A stretch of DNA of 64,000 bases from Basidiobolus meristosporus CBS 931.73 (taxonomy: Eukaryota; Fungi; Basidiobolomycota). The stretch's first letter is position 1; the number at the start of each line of letters is the position of its first letter. The DNA is taken from positions 1,914 through 65,913 of the forward strand of contig MCFE01000501.1 of assembly GCA_002104905.1 (NCBI GenBank), given 5' to 3'. A program made the translations under genes and the position numbers. Shown here one piece after another: positions 23,443-34,191 of the stretch. Below the pieces are notes generated by a model that saw only the letters and a program-made list of their open reading frames with translations, made no database searches and was not told where the DNA came from.

Positions 23443-26400
23443 AGATTAAGGTTTATGAGAATCAGTGAGCAGCAGTATATGCTGGAAGAGTACTTGTTTA
23501 ATGAGAATCCATCAAGTACTAAGGTAAAGGCATGGTCAAACATACCTTCAAAGTAGCCCTTGCTTCTTAGTTGTTTGTAACATTTGCCATCAAATATATT
23601 GGAAATGTTTGTGCTTGATTGATACTGAGTGCAGTACTTTATAGCTTCACAATATTTGTTGGGCTGCATAAGCTTATTGTAAAGTGGTATTACTGGAATA
23701 TATCCAGAGTGCAAATAATACTTTCCTCCAATGGTGATGGATTCCTGACAGGTTGGACACCTTGAAATGGTAGCATTTTCTGATGTGAATGCCATACAAC
23801 TGTTACACATGCTAGTATCAGGACATTTTGTGGGTCATATGTTACCAGCCACATGATGGTTGTCCACTTGTACCATGTGCTTGGTAAGTTGCATCCCAGA
23901 ATGATATGGCAAGAAGTAGTAGCAAATCCTTGAAGCCCCCATTACTGATATTTGTGGAAACACTGCACTTTTCCAGCTGCAACATCACATTGTTAGCCAG
24001 TAGATGGACTACTGGGCTCACTTGACTCCATAGAATATCTTGAGCATTTTTTCCTACAAGTGTTGTCTCATTGCATATTGGTACTTGACCAGGCTCATGC
24101 ATGGTACTGTTGTTAGGGTAGATAGGCTCTCAATCCATCAGTGAGCCTTCTTCTTCAGAGCTATTACTCTGTGTGCCATATTCAGAAGGCTGAGGTGAAC
24201 CTAAAGGCATTACAACTTACCTGACTCAGTTTGTGCAAGGTGACAGGTACAGCTAGGTACCAATATATAAGTATTAGGTAGCTGGCAAGATATTGCTGGT
24301 ATAGTAGTGACTGATGAATGGTCAGATATGACTTGGGTGGCACAATACTGTCCATGATCCTTGTAATACTTCACATGCTGACTGTGTAGTGGTGGTGTAG
24401 AGGTACTCCTGGGTGCTGCTACACAACTCAAGGTGTGTGAGGTGTCTGATGGGTGCAATAACCTCTGGGTCTAAACTACTGGTGTCTTTGTCAATATGTC
24501 ACCATGGTAAAAGCTCCTGCTTCTCTAGCTTACTAGTAATCGGTGATCCAGATTGGGTCCACCTGCAGGACTAAATTATATTTCAAAGATCTGCCATTAA
24601 GCAACACTCATTAAGGCCAAGGACTGTACAGAGAAAGGCACTTCTTCTACAACAGCTGCATCCTTGTGAATTATTAGTAGAACAAGCCCCATTGGTAAGT
24701 AAATCAACAATGCTAAGATGCCAGACACTGATGCACATAGTATGGTTCTCAGATGGATGAATACACACAAAGAGATTGTTTCACTTGCTCCAGAGCAGTA
24801 CCATGATGTGTATGGTTGGATACTACAAAAGTTGTTGCAGTAACTAGTAGATAACATGCTACACCTTGCTCTAACATCAGACAACCTGGATCTATGGAAA
24901 CCTGTAAGCAAAAGATGATACAAAGCCTCACAGTTCACACTCAATATGCACTGTGGCTGGTAACTCTGACATGATCACTTCTGGGACAGCACAAAGCTTC
25001 CCTATACACAGCTCTGCACTGTCTTCCTGCTGAGTAGATATCCCCATTCTTGCTTCATTGTCTCTCTTCTACATGTAAGCACTGTGTCTAGAAGTGTGGT
25101 GTTTAGCTTGTGTGTAATCAGTAGTAGCAACTTCTTTAGAGAGTCACTTCAATAAATGTATATCCATTTTATTCCATACTAGTGATTGGACTGCTATACA
25201 TACATATGAGTGTTTATCATAGCTTGTGAGAAGTATTTTAGGCAATGAAATCTGCTATATGCCGCCATTTTCTTTGATTTCACAGGTATTTCAAACTGTT
25301 AATTTGGCTAGAAATGCCTCATATAAAGCTGTGTCATTAATAGTGGAGTATTATTGAGGAGCAAATGCATTGCCTCCAGCACAAAGCTTTTGCCCCGGCA
25401 AGTTTTCTCCATCTTCAATAGCTGTGATGTCTACTGGTCATGTGTTGTCAGAGACCTTTTGCCTTTCCACCTTTTCAAAGGAAGATTGAGGATTGTATGA
25501 AACCGACTTCAAACAAATGAGCATTGATTTCCAGACTTTGAGATTACTCTATTTTGGATGGGTGGATCATTAGCATCTAAGCTAATTACTTCTAGCAATG
25601 AACATATGCTGGAATTCATATACTCACAAGTAGCCAATATCTTCCAAGAGTTGCTTTCCGGCACTGTGCCATCCAATACTCAGATACCGGAGTTCCCAAG
25701 ATTCAAAGGGCATTGAATTCTCGCCAGATGGCTTGAATAATCACCCATGTGATCCAAAACACTCTCTAGCTCCCCACCCACCCCATTAGACTGTCTGCAT
25801 ACTACCAACAATTTGATCTTCGCCAGAGATTTTGCGGAATGCAGCCAGCCAAGTTATATAGTTTGTGAAGGCGGGGTGTCGCTGGGGGCCTATATTATAT
25901 ATATGTATGTATATTTAGCGCCATTCTCCAATGAAGACTCCGCTCTGAATTAGTAAAAATTGTCACTTGACAACCTGGCCTTCTACTAGATTGAATTGTG
26001 AGCTACCTGCAACGTGGAGACCTTTCATGGTCGCCACAAGGACACCATCATCCACGCCTCATTGCAAGATTCTGGTAAGGCTCCACTAAAAAGTACAAGC
26101 TAACCCCAATAAACCAACCAATGAATGACACGCCGCTCCCACCTTAACCGTACATTTGAAGGATGGGAACGAGTCAGCCCCCTACCCCTTTTTATTAACC
26201 TGGGGCCAACACCTCTCAGCGACCGACTTCCCACCTATTGTATTCCAAGAAACTTACCATTGGCCTACATTTCCACCATGGGGATCCGGTGCCATCTTTA
26301 TCAAGCACTCTCAGGTGTCTCCAACATTAGCCATTGCAACCGTTCACTCCAGTGCACGGTGGGTGATGCGGTGTCCATCATGGCATGGAGCCTTCCCGAT

Positions 26401-26519
26401 AGAGGAACAGGAACAGGAACAGGAACTTGGGAATGGGAGGTGAGTACGAATTGGATTTATTGACGGTTAGGCGGCCTGGATTACACCCTTGTTCAGCGAC
26501 CCACAGGCCCGGGCTCCCT

Positions 26520-27517
26520 CTAGCACGGAGGGCTGGATTGGAGGGCCTTGATGTAGTATCCGGATACGTAACCATTGCTGACCTTGTACCAACGAGGGTT
26601 CTCGAAGATCGACTCCCCGCTTACCTGACAGAGGATGGTGACCTTGGCTCCGGGTGCCAGGGTGCCAACAACGGTTCCCCCGGTGCCGGCACTGGATCTG
26701 ACATTAAGCGGGGTGCTCGAGGTGACAGTCCCGGTGGAAGCCCCTCCGTTGCCACCGTTGAGGTACTTGAACATCTCCGCCCAAGGGAATGGGCCGGGGC
26801 ATCTGGCGCGGCTCTGGGGTTGCATGGAGTAGTGGCCGGTGATACCCCCTGAGGCATCGGCCCAGCCCACGCGGATCCCGGGGTTTCTGGCGATGATGTT
26901 CTTGATCAACTTGAAGGTGGCGGTCTTCTGGGCCGCGGTGAGCTCGTTGGAATTGTCGGTCTTCGGCTTCACGTGCTCGATGGAGATGGTGCGATCGTTG
27001 GGATTCGCGCTGCTGTCCGTCCACCCTGGGAAAATCTGGGAGTTAGCATCGTAGGCAGGTGTGAGGATGGGCTAGGCACTTGTGCTTACAGTAGTCAGCC
27101 CCAGGCTCCTTTCCACCGTTAGCCCAGGCACCATCGGATTCTTTCACACATTGGACAACCTTGCCGTCTTGACCTACAACGTAGTGAGATGCCACCTGGG
27201 AGGAAGGATCGGCAAACCAATGACCGACGTCCTCAGCCTTGGTGAACCCGGCAGTCCCTGGGGGGCAAACTCAGCAACAGTATTACGAACCAACGGTCGA
27301 GATTCCATACCGTGAACAATGAGATATGTGGGCTTCAATCCATGGCGGTTTGCGAAGAAATTTGGGCTACCGATCCAGAGCGCCCCAGGCTCGTCGGCCT
27401 GGCTAAAGGGTACGGTTAGCAAATGAACGATACCCGGCTGAGGATGCCATTCGCTTACCAGTTCACGCTTCCCAAAGTGGCCAAGAATAAGAGAGCAGAG
27501 ACGGAGAGAAACTTCAT
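26520..27517 (-). CDS. Secreted N-acetylmuramoyl-L-alanine amidase (Amidase_2) with C-terminal bacterial SH3 domain; 4 exons, ~274 aa
   Basis: Exons 27517-27459, 27402-27311, 27257-27090 and 27025-26520 (GT-AG, in frame). Signal MKFLSVSALLFLA; motifs IVHGT, ASHYVVGQDG, ISIEH, GH...RCPGPFPW; SH3b LNVRS...WYK...GYVS. Confidence 0.9.
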
Positions 27518-28894
27518 TGTGTGGGGAACGTGGGCATGGTGGTGGTGAGTTTAAATAGCTTTAAGCCTCGCATGGGGGCCATCTTTGGAATAGGCATGTT
27601 TACACGGTGGGACAGCTCGAATTCACGCCACAGGAATCCGGTGGACGTGTGAAAGTAACATATGCAGGTTGCTTGTCTTACCCCGAGGGCGAGTGGAGAT
27701 TACCTACTGAAGTGGGCATCAAGAGGACGACGGATAAGTGGTGAGGATTGGATCTGAGCGAGGCCATTTCGGGAAATGATGAGATTGAGCAACGTAGGGC
27801 CGTGGAATCGAGCCGATTTTGGAAGCTTCCTTGACCGTGACGTGCGGGAAATTCCAGGTCATCCGGGCATGTCCATCAGTACCAAAGAATTATTCGGGAA
27901 ATGATCGACCCTCCGTGACCGAAAATCCCGTTCCCCGGTCCCACGGCCCATCACAGCTGCCAGGGAAATGGATGCTCGGTGGTGGGACGGTACAGATTTG
28001 GTATTTCTCTACCTTTCCTTCTCCCGTTTCTGAAATGTCGCTGCTGCCTCGCTTCGCACGTAGATCCTAGTCGCTGCAAAAGGATTTCAGGAAGATCATT
28101 CAATATCCGGAATTAAGAGGGGATCAATCTGGAGCCTGTATGTGAAGTGGGCGGGTGTTGCGGCGTCCACCACTTGATGGTGGAACTGTAGGTGTAGATA
28201 TTGCTTTGTACACACCAGCAGGCCCATCCATGCTTTTCGGTTAACCCGTCTACACACAGCCGCCTCTTGCTGCGCGAGACGTACTGAAACAACCCCATCT
28301 CATGAGCCTGTAAGAACCAGATTGGTTGTTTGAGAGTGGCCCTCTTGCCAATGGGCAACCCTGGCGGAGATTCATGTTGAGTGCGGCAACTAAACATTGG
28401 AAATGCAGGGTCGCATATTAGCTCCGGTATGAGAGGTGCCATGACCAGCCCGACAAGGCATACAACCGCACTGATGGTCCATTGCCTCCAAAGATCGAGG
28501 TGCACTTTGCGAAAGATGCAGTCAGATGGATAGACTTGATTCTAGAGTATGCAAGCGGTTCCCTTACATTCGGCAAACCCAACCCGGATCAACTTTAGTG
28601 GTTCGTCATCTGATGCCATATAGCGAGCTACTCACTATGAAACGTCTCCGTCAGATGTGTAGGGACTCTGTACGCCCTGTTCATTCGCGTGTTCCGATAG
28701 GGCTTAGACTCGGCTACTCTTATGCAGTGCGGTTTGAATGAACGATCCCTACTCAAGATCTCAGCTACCTTCGCATCAATTGATGTGTCGGTTGGGTGAC
28801 TTTGAACCGAAACAATACCAGAGGGAGCAGAGAATCCCGCTATATAAGGATCGTAGGATGTTCCACTAAAATCACCACCGTAGAGGCATCCGCC

Positions 28895-29851
28895 ATGCAC
28901 AAGTTTGCTCCTCCCGCCATCTTAGCACTCTCGGTATTATGTGGGTCACTCAGTGCGTATGATTTGCCCCAAGTGTGCTACCGCCAGGGCGACCCTGGGA
29001 TGTGCAAGGCAGCTATTCCTAGATGGCACTACAATCCAGCCACCGAAAAGTGTGAGGAGTTCACCTATGGTGGCTGTGGTGGGTACGTTCCATTTAAGAG
29101 CCTGGAGAAATGTCAAACTACGTGCAAGGTGGAATGGGAGCCTGAGCTAGGACCCGAGCCCAAACATGACAAGCCCAAGGTCTGTTATCGCAAAGGAGAA
29201 ACTGGGCCATGTAGAGCAGCGATGCCAGCATGGCAGTTCAACATGAAGACCGGAAAATGTGAAAAGTTTACCTATGGTGGATGTGATGGCTTTGTCCCCT
29301 TCAGGTCGGTGAGCGATTGTCAAAAGACGTGTGCAGGTGAGGAGTCCAAGCCAGAACCTATGCCGGAACCTGAGCCAGAGCCCAAGCATGACAAGCCCAA
29401 GGTCTGCTATCGCAAAGGAGAAACTGGGCCATGTAGAGCAGCAATCCCAGCATGGCAGTTCAACATGAAGACCGGAAAATGTGAAAAGTTCACCTATGGT
29501 GGATGTGATGGCTTTGTCCCCTTCAGGTCGGTGAGCGATTGTCAAAAGACGTGTGCAGGTGAGGAGTCCAAGCCAGAACCTATGCCGGAACCTGAGCCAG
29601 AGCCCAAGCATGACAAGCCCAAGGTCTGCTATCGCAAAGGAGAAACTGGGCCATGCAGGGCAGCAATGCCGGCTTGGCAGTTCAACATGAAGACCGGAAA
29701 ATGTGAAAAGTTCACCTATGGTGGATGCAAAGGCTTTGTTCCCTTCAGATCGGTAAATGATTGCCAAAAGACGTGTGGAGATGAAGATCCCGTCCCTGTG
29801 CCTGTACCAGTACCCGTGCCGGAGCCTGAACCCGAATACGAATCCTATTAG
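28895..29851 (+). CDS. Secreted, intronless 4-domain Kunitz/BPTI protease inhibitor
   Basis: Signal peptide from ATG 28895, then four six-Cys Kunitz domains with F.YGGC. Domains 2-4 form 222-bp tandem repeats joined by (PE)n linkers. Confidence 0.92.
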   Translation: MHKFAPPAILALSVLCGSLSAYDLPQVCYRQGDPGMCKAAIPRWHYNPATEKCEEFTYGGCGGYVPFKSLEKCQTTCKVEWEPELGPEPKHDKPKVCYRKGETGPCRAAMPAWQFNMKTGKCEKFTYGGCDGFVPFRSVSDCQKTCAGEESKPEPMPEPEPEPKHDKPKVCYRKGETGPCRAAIPAWQFNMKTGKCEKFTYGGCDGFVPFRSVSDCQKTCAGEESKPEPMPEPEPEPKHDKPKVCYRKGETGPCRAAMPAWQFNMKTGKCEKFTYGGCKGFVPFRSVNDCQKTCGDEDPVPVPVPVPVPEPEPEYESY

Positions 29852-32800
29852 CCCGCTTCCGACCAGGAAAGGCCTCAAGTATACGGAATAAAGTGGCCAT
29901 TTCTGAGATGGAAGTACCATATAAGGCGTATACGACCCAAAAAAGGACACATCACTTTGTTTGTTGCTAAGAGACAAGGTGGTTGTTCCATGCATCAAGA
30001 ATAGGATGTGTTCTGCCACATGCTGACTTCTATTAAAACTGACTTTGCTTAATTGATGCTGTGTTGATGGTTTGAGTGGAGTCAAGTGGATCTCGAGTTT
30101 TGATGACAGCCCCACTCCTGATTGGGATGGGCTCGGTGTGCAGATGGGGCTGAAAATAGGCTTTAGACATGGATGGGGTAGGCTGTTCAGGATGTTGGTC
30201 TCATGAGTGTAATGCAAGCACCATCTCCACTCCTACAACACAGAATGACCACCCGTCGTTATGTGGATCAGAAACAGAAAACCATCAGTGGACACCATTG
30301 CTAGGATGTTGGTCCTTGGGATGACTGATGCATACGGTATGTCTGATATCCAACGAGACATCTATGGGGGGTTTCAATTTTGGTTGATACAGAAGAAACC
30401 AGTTTTACACGATCTTTCTGGAGATCATGAAGAAGTCCGGAAGATAGGTGTTTCAACCTCAATGGCCAGAATAGGATGAGTACCATTGTCAAGCGTGTAT
30501 CCATACCATTTAAAACCCGGATGTGAAATTACTGTGGAACATCTGGGCAGGTTGTGTGCAGGATTGGTTACCACTCCGACATTTAGTTGCGAGGGAATTC
30601 CTGGCTGCTGAATGCAACTACGGAATGTTGCTGTGTACGCCAAATTGGCTGCCATATTAATCATCACTAATAGGAGAACGTAAACCTTCCTCTGTAACCC
30701 CCCCCCCAAATCCCATCACATTTAGGCGTTGATCTCTTCCCGCCGTTACCTAGCCATTAAAGGCATCGCCAAGCAGAGGAATCCATGTGAACCAGCGCAT
30801 TGTTTGCTGCCATATGAGCCATACATAGTGATCAGAACTAATTAATTAAATCAACAGGCCGCTTACTAGCGGTCAGTAGGGCAGCTATCCTTGGAGGGCA
30901 GGACCAGCTGACCAGCCTTGAAACCACCAGCTCATGTACCTCCTAAAATCCCCCACTCTCTTATGGCTAACTGAACAGTGACTCACTAATGATTCATTGC
31001 AGATCTACTGAATTTCAACCGATGATCAGCAGTGATTTGATCAACTCATTTCCACTCCTTCGATTCCTAATGAGCCTTGGGAATCCAACTGACCTCGTTC
31101 CGCCCACCACAACCACTAGTCTCAGACAAAAGCCATCTAGGATTCAAATCTAGGGCCCGTCAATGACCAGTAGAGAGACCTCGTTGTGTGGTCAGTGTAG
31201 CTTCGAATGGAAGATTCATGTGCAGCGATGGCAGAAGCTGAGCCTCGAATACCTGGATCGACTGCATAGCCCGGCATATTCGACCGACCTGCCGCATGGC
31301 TTGGGATTGGCGGATCATCTCGGATACGGGGAGCCACCATCTATCCCGTGCATTCTCCTTATCGCCAAATCGAATGGGCCAATTCCATCGCTGGCCCATC
31401 TGGTACGAGTTTGGAACGCTTCGAGGGTCTCGTGGTATCTTGGCCTCATGAATCTTGGGGACTTGGCGTGGCGGGGAAATCTTGTTTGCGGATACCGGTT
31501 ACTCACATAAGGCCAACCTCGAAGCCTCAGCAGCAACCACTGAAGCCATGGACCTCTCCTTACGAGGTTCCCACCGCACCATCACCACTCCCGCCCAATT
31601 GGGAAACACCCCGCTACACACATTCTCGCCCAGCCTGGTACCCAACATATACCAGAGCCTAGGCAATGCCCTGATTGCAAGTGATACTAATGGATTGATG
31701 GAAGCTCTCACATTAATGATGATGTGTCATCCGGTGAAGGCAGGGAACTGTGTTGGTGATGAGGATGGCTAGGCAAGGTTGGTTGCGGACATCTCAACTG
31801 CACACTCAACACCAGGTACTACGGCACCCTCAACCCCCAGCTTCATTCGGGTAGGCGGGGTGGGTAAGGACCATCTTACTTATCCCAAACAGGAAGGGCA
31901 GGTTACCTTAGACCACCGTTGTAACACAACCAATGGTTTGGATCCATTGGGGCTACACTACACGCTAGAGTGGGATATCAGGTCGAACCATGTTAACCTA
32001 ACTATATGGGTACTGGATGCTCGTCTTCTACCAGAGAATTCATGCAGGAATCTCAACCAATCCTTGGGGATCGCAGTAGAGCGCGGTTAGGATGGGCATC
32101 TGGGACTCATGCGTGAGACCTTAAGCCAATGGATTAGCCGGTGAGTGACATTGATGAAACGCCCAGAATGGCTTGGAATCCTTGATGGGTGTTTGGATTA
32201 TCGCTGTGTGGATGCGTAGCTCACACACATACAACATAAATTGCCAAGATCACACGGACTTGGTTCCATTGCCAGAATGAAACCTTGGTTGATCTGGGAT
32301 GCATCACATGGTTGGATCTTGAGTCTCCTAAGTAAGTGGCTAGTGCGCAAGAGGTAAACTTCAATTGAATTGATAAAATTAGCCCCATTCTAACCATGTT
32401 GGGTTATTAATTGGTGAAACGTGATCGAGCTACGAATATAATTAGATGTTTGATTCACTGCCCAATAGACACTCAACAGCAAAATGATGGGTGAATGTGC
32501 TGCTGACGGGGAAACGTTTAACCTGGATTGCGCCAGGATCGACCCCTCATTGATTGGATCCGGAAGGGTGACTCGAAAAACGAGTCCAGATAAGCGAATG
32601 TTATATATGAAATTCGGGGACTGAGGCAGTCAATAAGCATCCATCAAATGGGGTTTTTTCAACGGTAGGAACCAGAAAACAACCACGCATACACTGCGAG
32701 GGTACAAAGTATTGGCTGACGCGGCGAGAAAATTAGGCCCATCTCTGTATGGTTTTAGAGTGGATCCCGTCTTGATGAAGATATTTGATGGGTGCACTCA

Positions 32801-33220
32801 CCCAGGAACTGCCTCAACCCTAACCCTAGCCACATCAGTAACTTCAATTAGCCACAATACTCTATGATACTAAAAATGGTTAGGCTTCAGTCACCCAACA
32901 CTGACAAGGGATTCATTCAACATCCCCCCCCCACTTTGAGAGGTTTTGATCTGACTATCTCGTCTTCTATTTCCATTGGTTTGTCTCACATAATCATCCA
33001 CTCAATAGCCCTTAAACCCATTCACCTAATTCGTTCTTTCGTACAACCCTTACCTGCTCTTGGCCAACACATTTCGTATATTAAGCTGCTCTCAGCCTAC
33101 ATTCTACCACCCATTTCAGCAAAAACGATTCTCTTTCGGATTAATATCGTTTACACCTCCTTTGGGCATCCTCACATCCACCTTGTCTCTGCTATAGCTC
33201 TCTGCTTGTACTCTCTAATA

Positions 33221-33724
33221 ATGGTCATGTGTGTCAGTGCCCATCCTCCTTCACCCACCCCCGTTGATACCACTTACTCGCTTCCCGAAGCTGCCGAGGC
33301 TGACCGTGAGCCTGGCAGAGGATTGCGCGTGCTAGTGGTTGATGACAACCGCATATATCTCAGTATTGTCACTCGAATGCTTGAGAAGTATTTCACCAAC
33401 ATAGTGACTTACACTTTCGCGACCACCTCCGCACTTTGCGCACTCGAATCGTTATCCCTTTACAATTACGACCTGATCCTTCTTGACATCGACATGCCAG
33501 TGCTGACTGGTATCGAGGCGACACAAGAGATTAGAAATCCGTACAGTCGATTCCAGGTTCTGGATGCGAACAGGAGGATCCCCATTATCGCCATCACCAC
33601 CAACGACCTAGAGGAGCACCGCAAACGCTATACCGAGGTGGGGATGAATGCGTGTGTGGGCAAACCAGTGACACTGGATGAGCTACGATTGGCCCTCAGC
33701 ACAGTCATGGGATCAGCCATGTAG
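33221..33724 (+). CDS. Stand-alone response-regulator receiver domain protein
   Basis: VLVVDDN, LLDIDMP, AITT and GKP motifs. The probable start is ATG 33221, inside the longer ORF. Confidence 0.85.
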   Translation: MVMCVSAHPPSPTPVDTTYSLPEAAEADREPGRGLRVLVVDDNRIYLSIVTRMLEKYFTNIVTYTFATTSALCALESLSLYNYDLILLDIDMPVLTGIEATQEIRNPYSRFQVLDANRRIPIIAITTNDLEEHRKRYTEVGMNACVGKPVTLDELRLALSTVMGSAM

Positions 33725-34191
33725 TTTAGCCACACCCCCGCATGGGGTTTTACCTCAGCTTCGGCCATCAGCCACGCCTGGTTTATGTACAGTCTTTCTT
33801 TTTCGCACCTTGGCAACGGCTGCCTTGAAGATACTCACCCCCGCCGACCTTCTATCTATTGTTCAACCCCATAGACTTCACCCCCCCCCTCTCGCCCGCC
33901 TCGTTATGTGTCATTACTATCATCACCATACACCATCACCACCTGCTGTACTTCCATTGGCATTAAACATATTTGTAATTTCCTTGTAAAAATTGGCATT
34001 TTCCCCTAGTTCGATTAAACTTCGCTTGAGCAGCATGGCATTTCGTGATACGATTCATGGGATATGCGACCGGGTGAAGAAGGGGGGGGTTAGGGATCCG
34101 GGGGCAAGTTGAAAGGCGCGCGGATTTATTGCTGAGATTTTAAACAAGGGTAACATATGTGAGTGCTGTGGGTTGTCCGACTCCGACAAAT

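Larger units (their letters stand above)
22300..23810 (-). pseudogene. CACTA/EnSpm-type (Transposase_21-like) transposase remnant, interrupted by copia LTRs
   Basis: NIFDGKCYKQL...GYF...LVLDGF...LINLN before the insertion. GPKSLSNIDSHLYPLLDEF and GHNGWYCC after it. Confidence 0.75.

Noticed and set aside
26404-26427. (GGAACA)4 microsatellite
   Set aside because: An ordinary short repeat downstream of the amidase gene.
29147-30217. 356-aa antisense ORF over the Kunitz gene (likewise the antisense ORFs over the acidic gene at 49314-49713)
   Set aside because: Shadow frames of repetitive or low-complexity coding sequence.
30301-30709. Possible small secreted protein on the minus strand
   Set aside because: No in-frame ATG before the hydrophobic stretch, and joining the two ORFs needs an unsupported frameshift.
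31348-32090. Possible gene with a WW-like PLPPNWE motif
   Set aside because: The second Trp and aromatic pattern are missing, and I could not build a convincing spliced model.
32816-32829. Interstitial telomeric motif AACCCTAACCCTAG
   Set aside because: Only about two units with no associated 3' module; compatible with chance.
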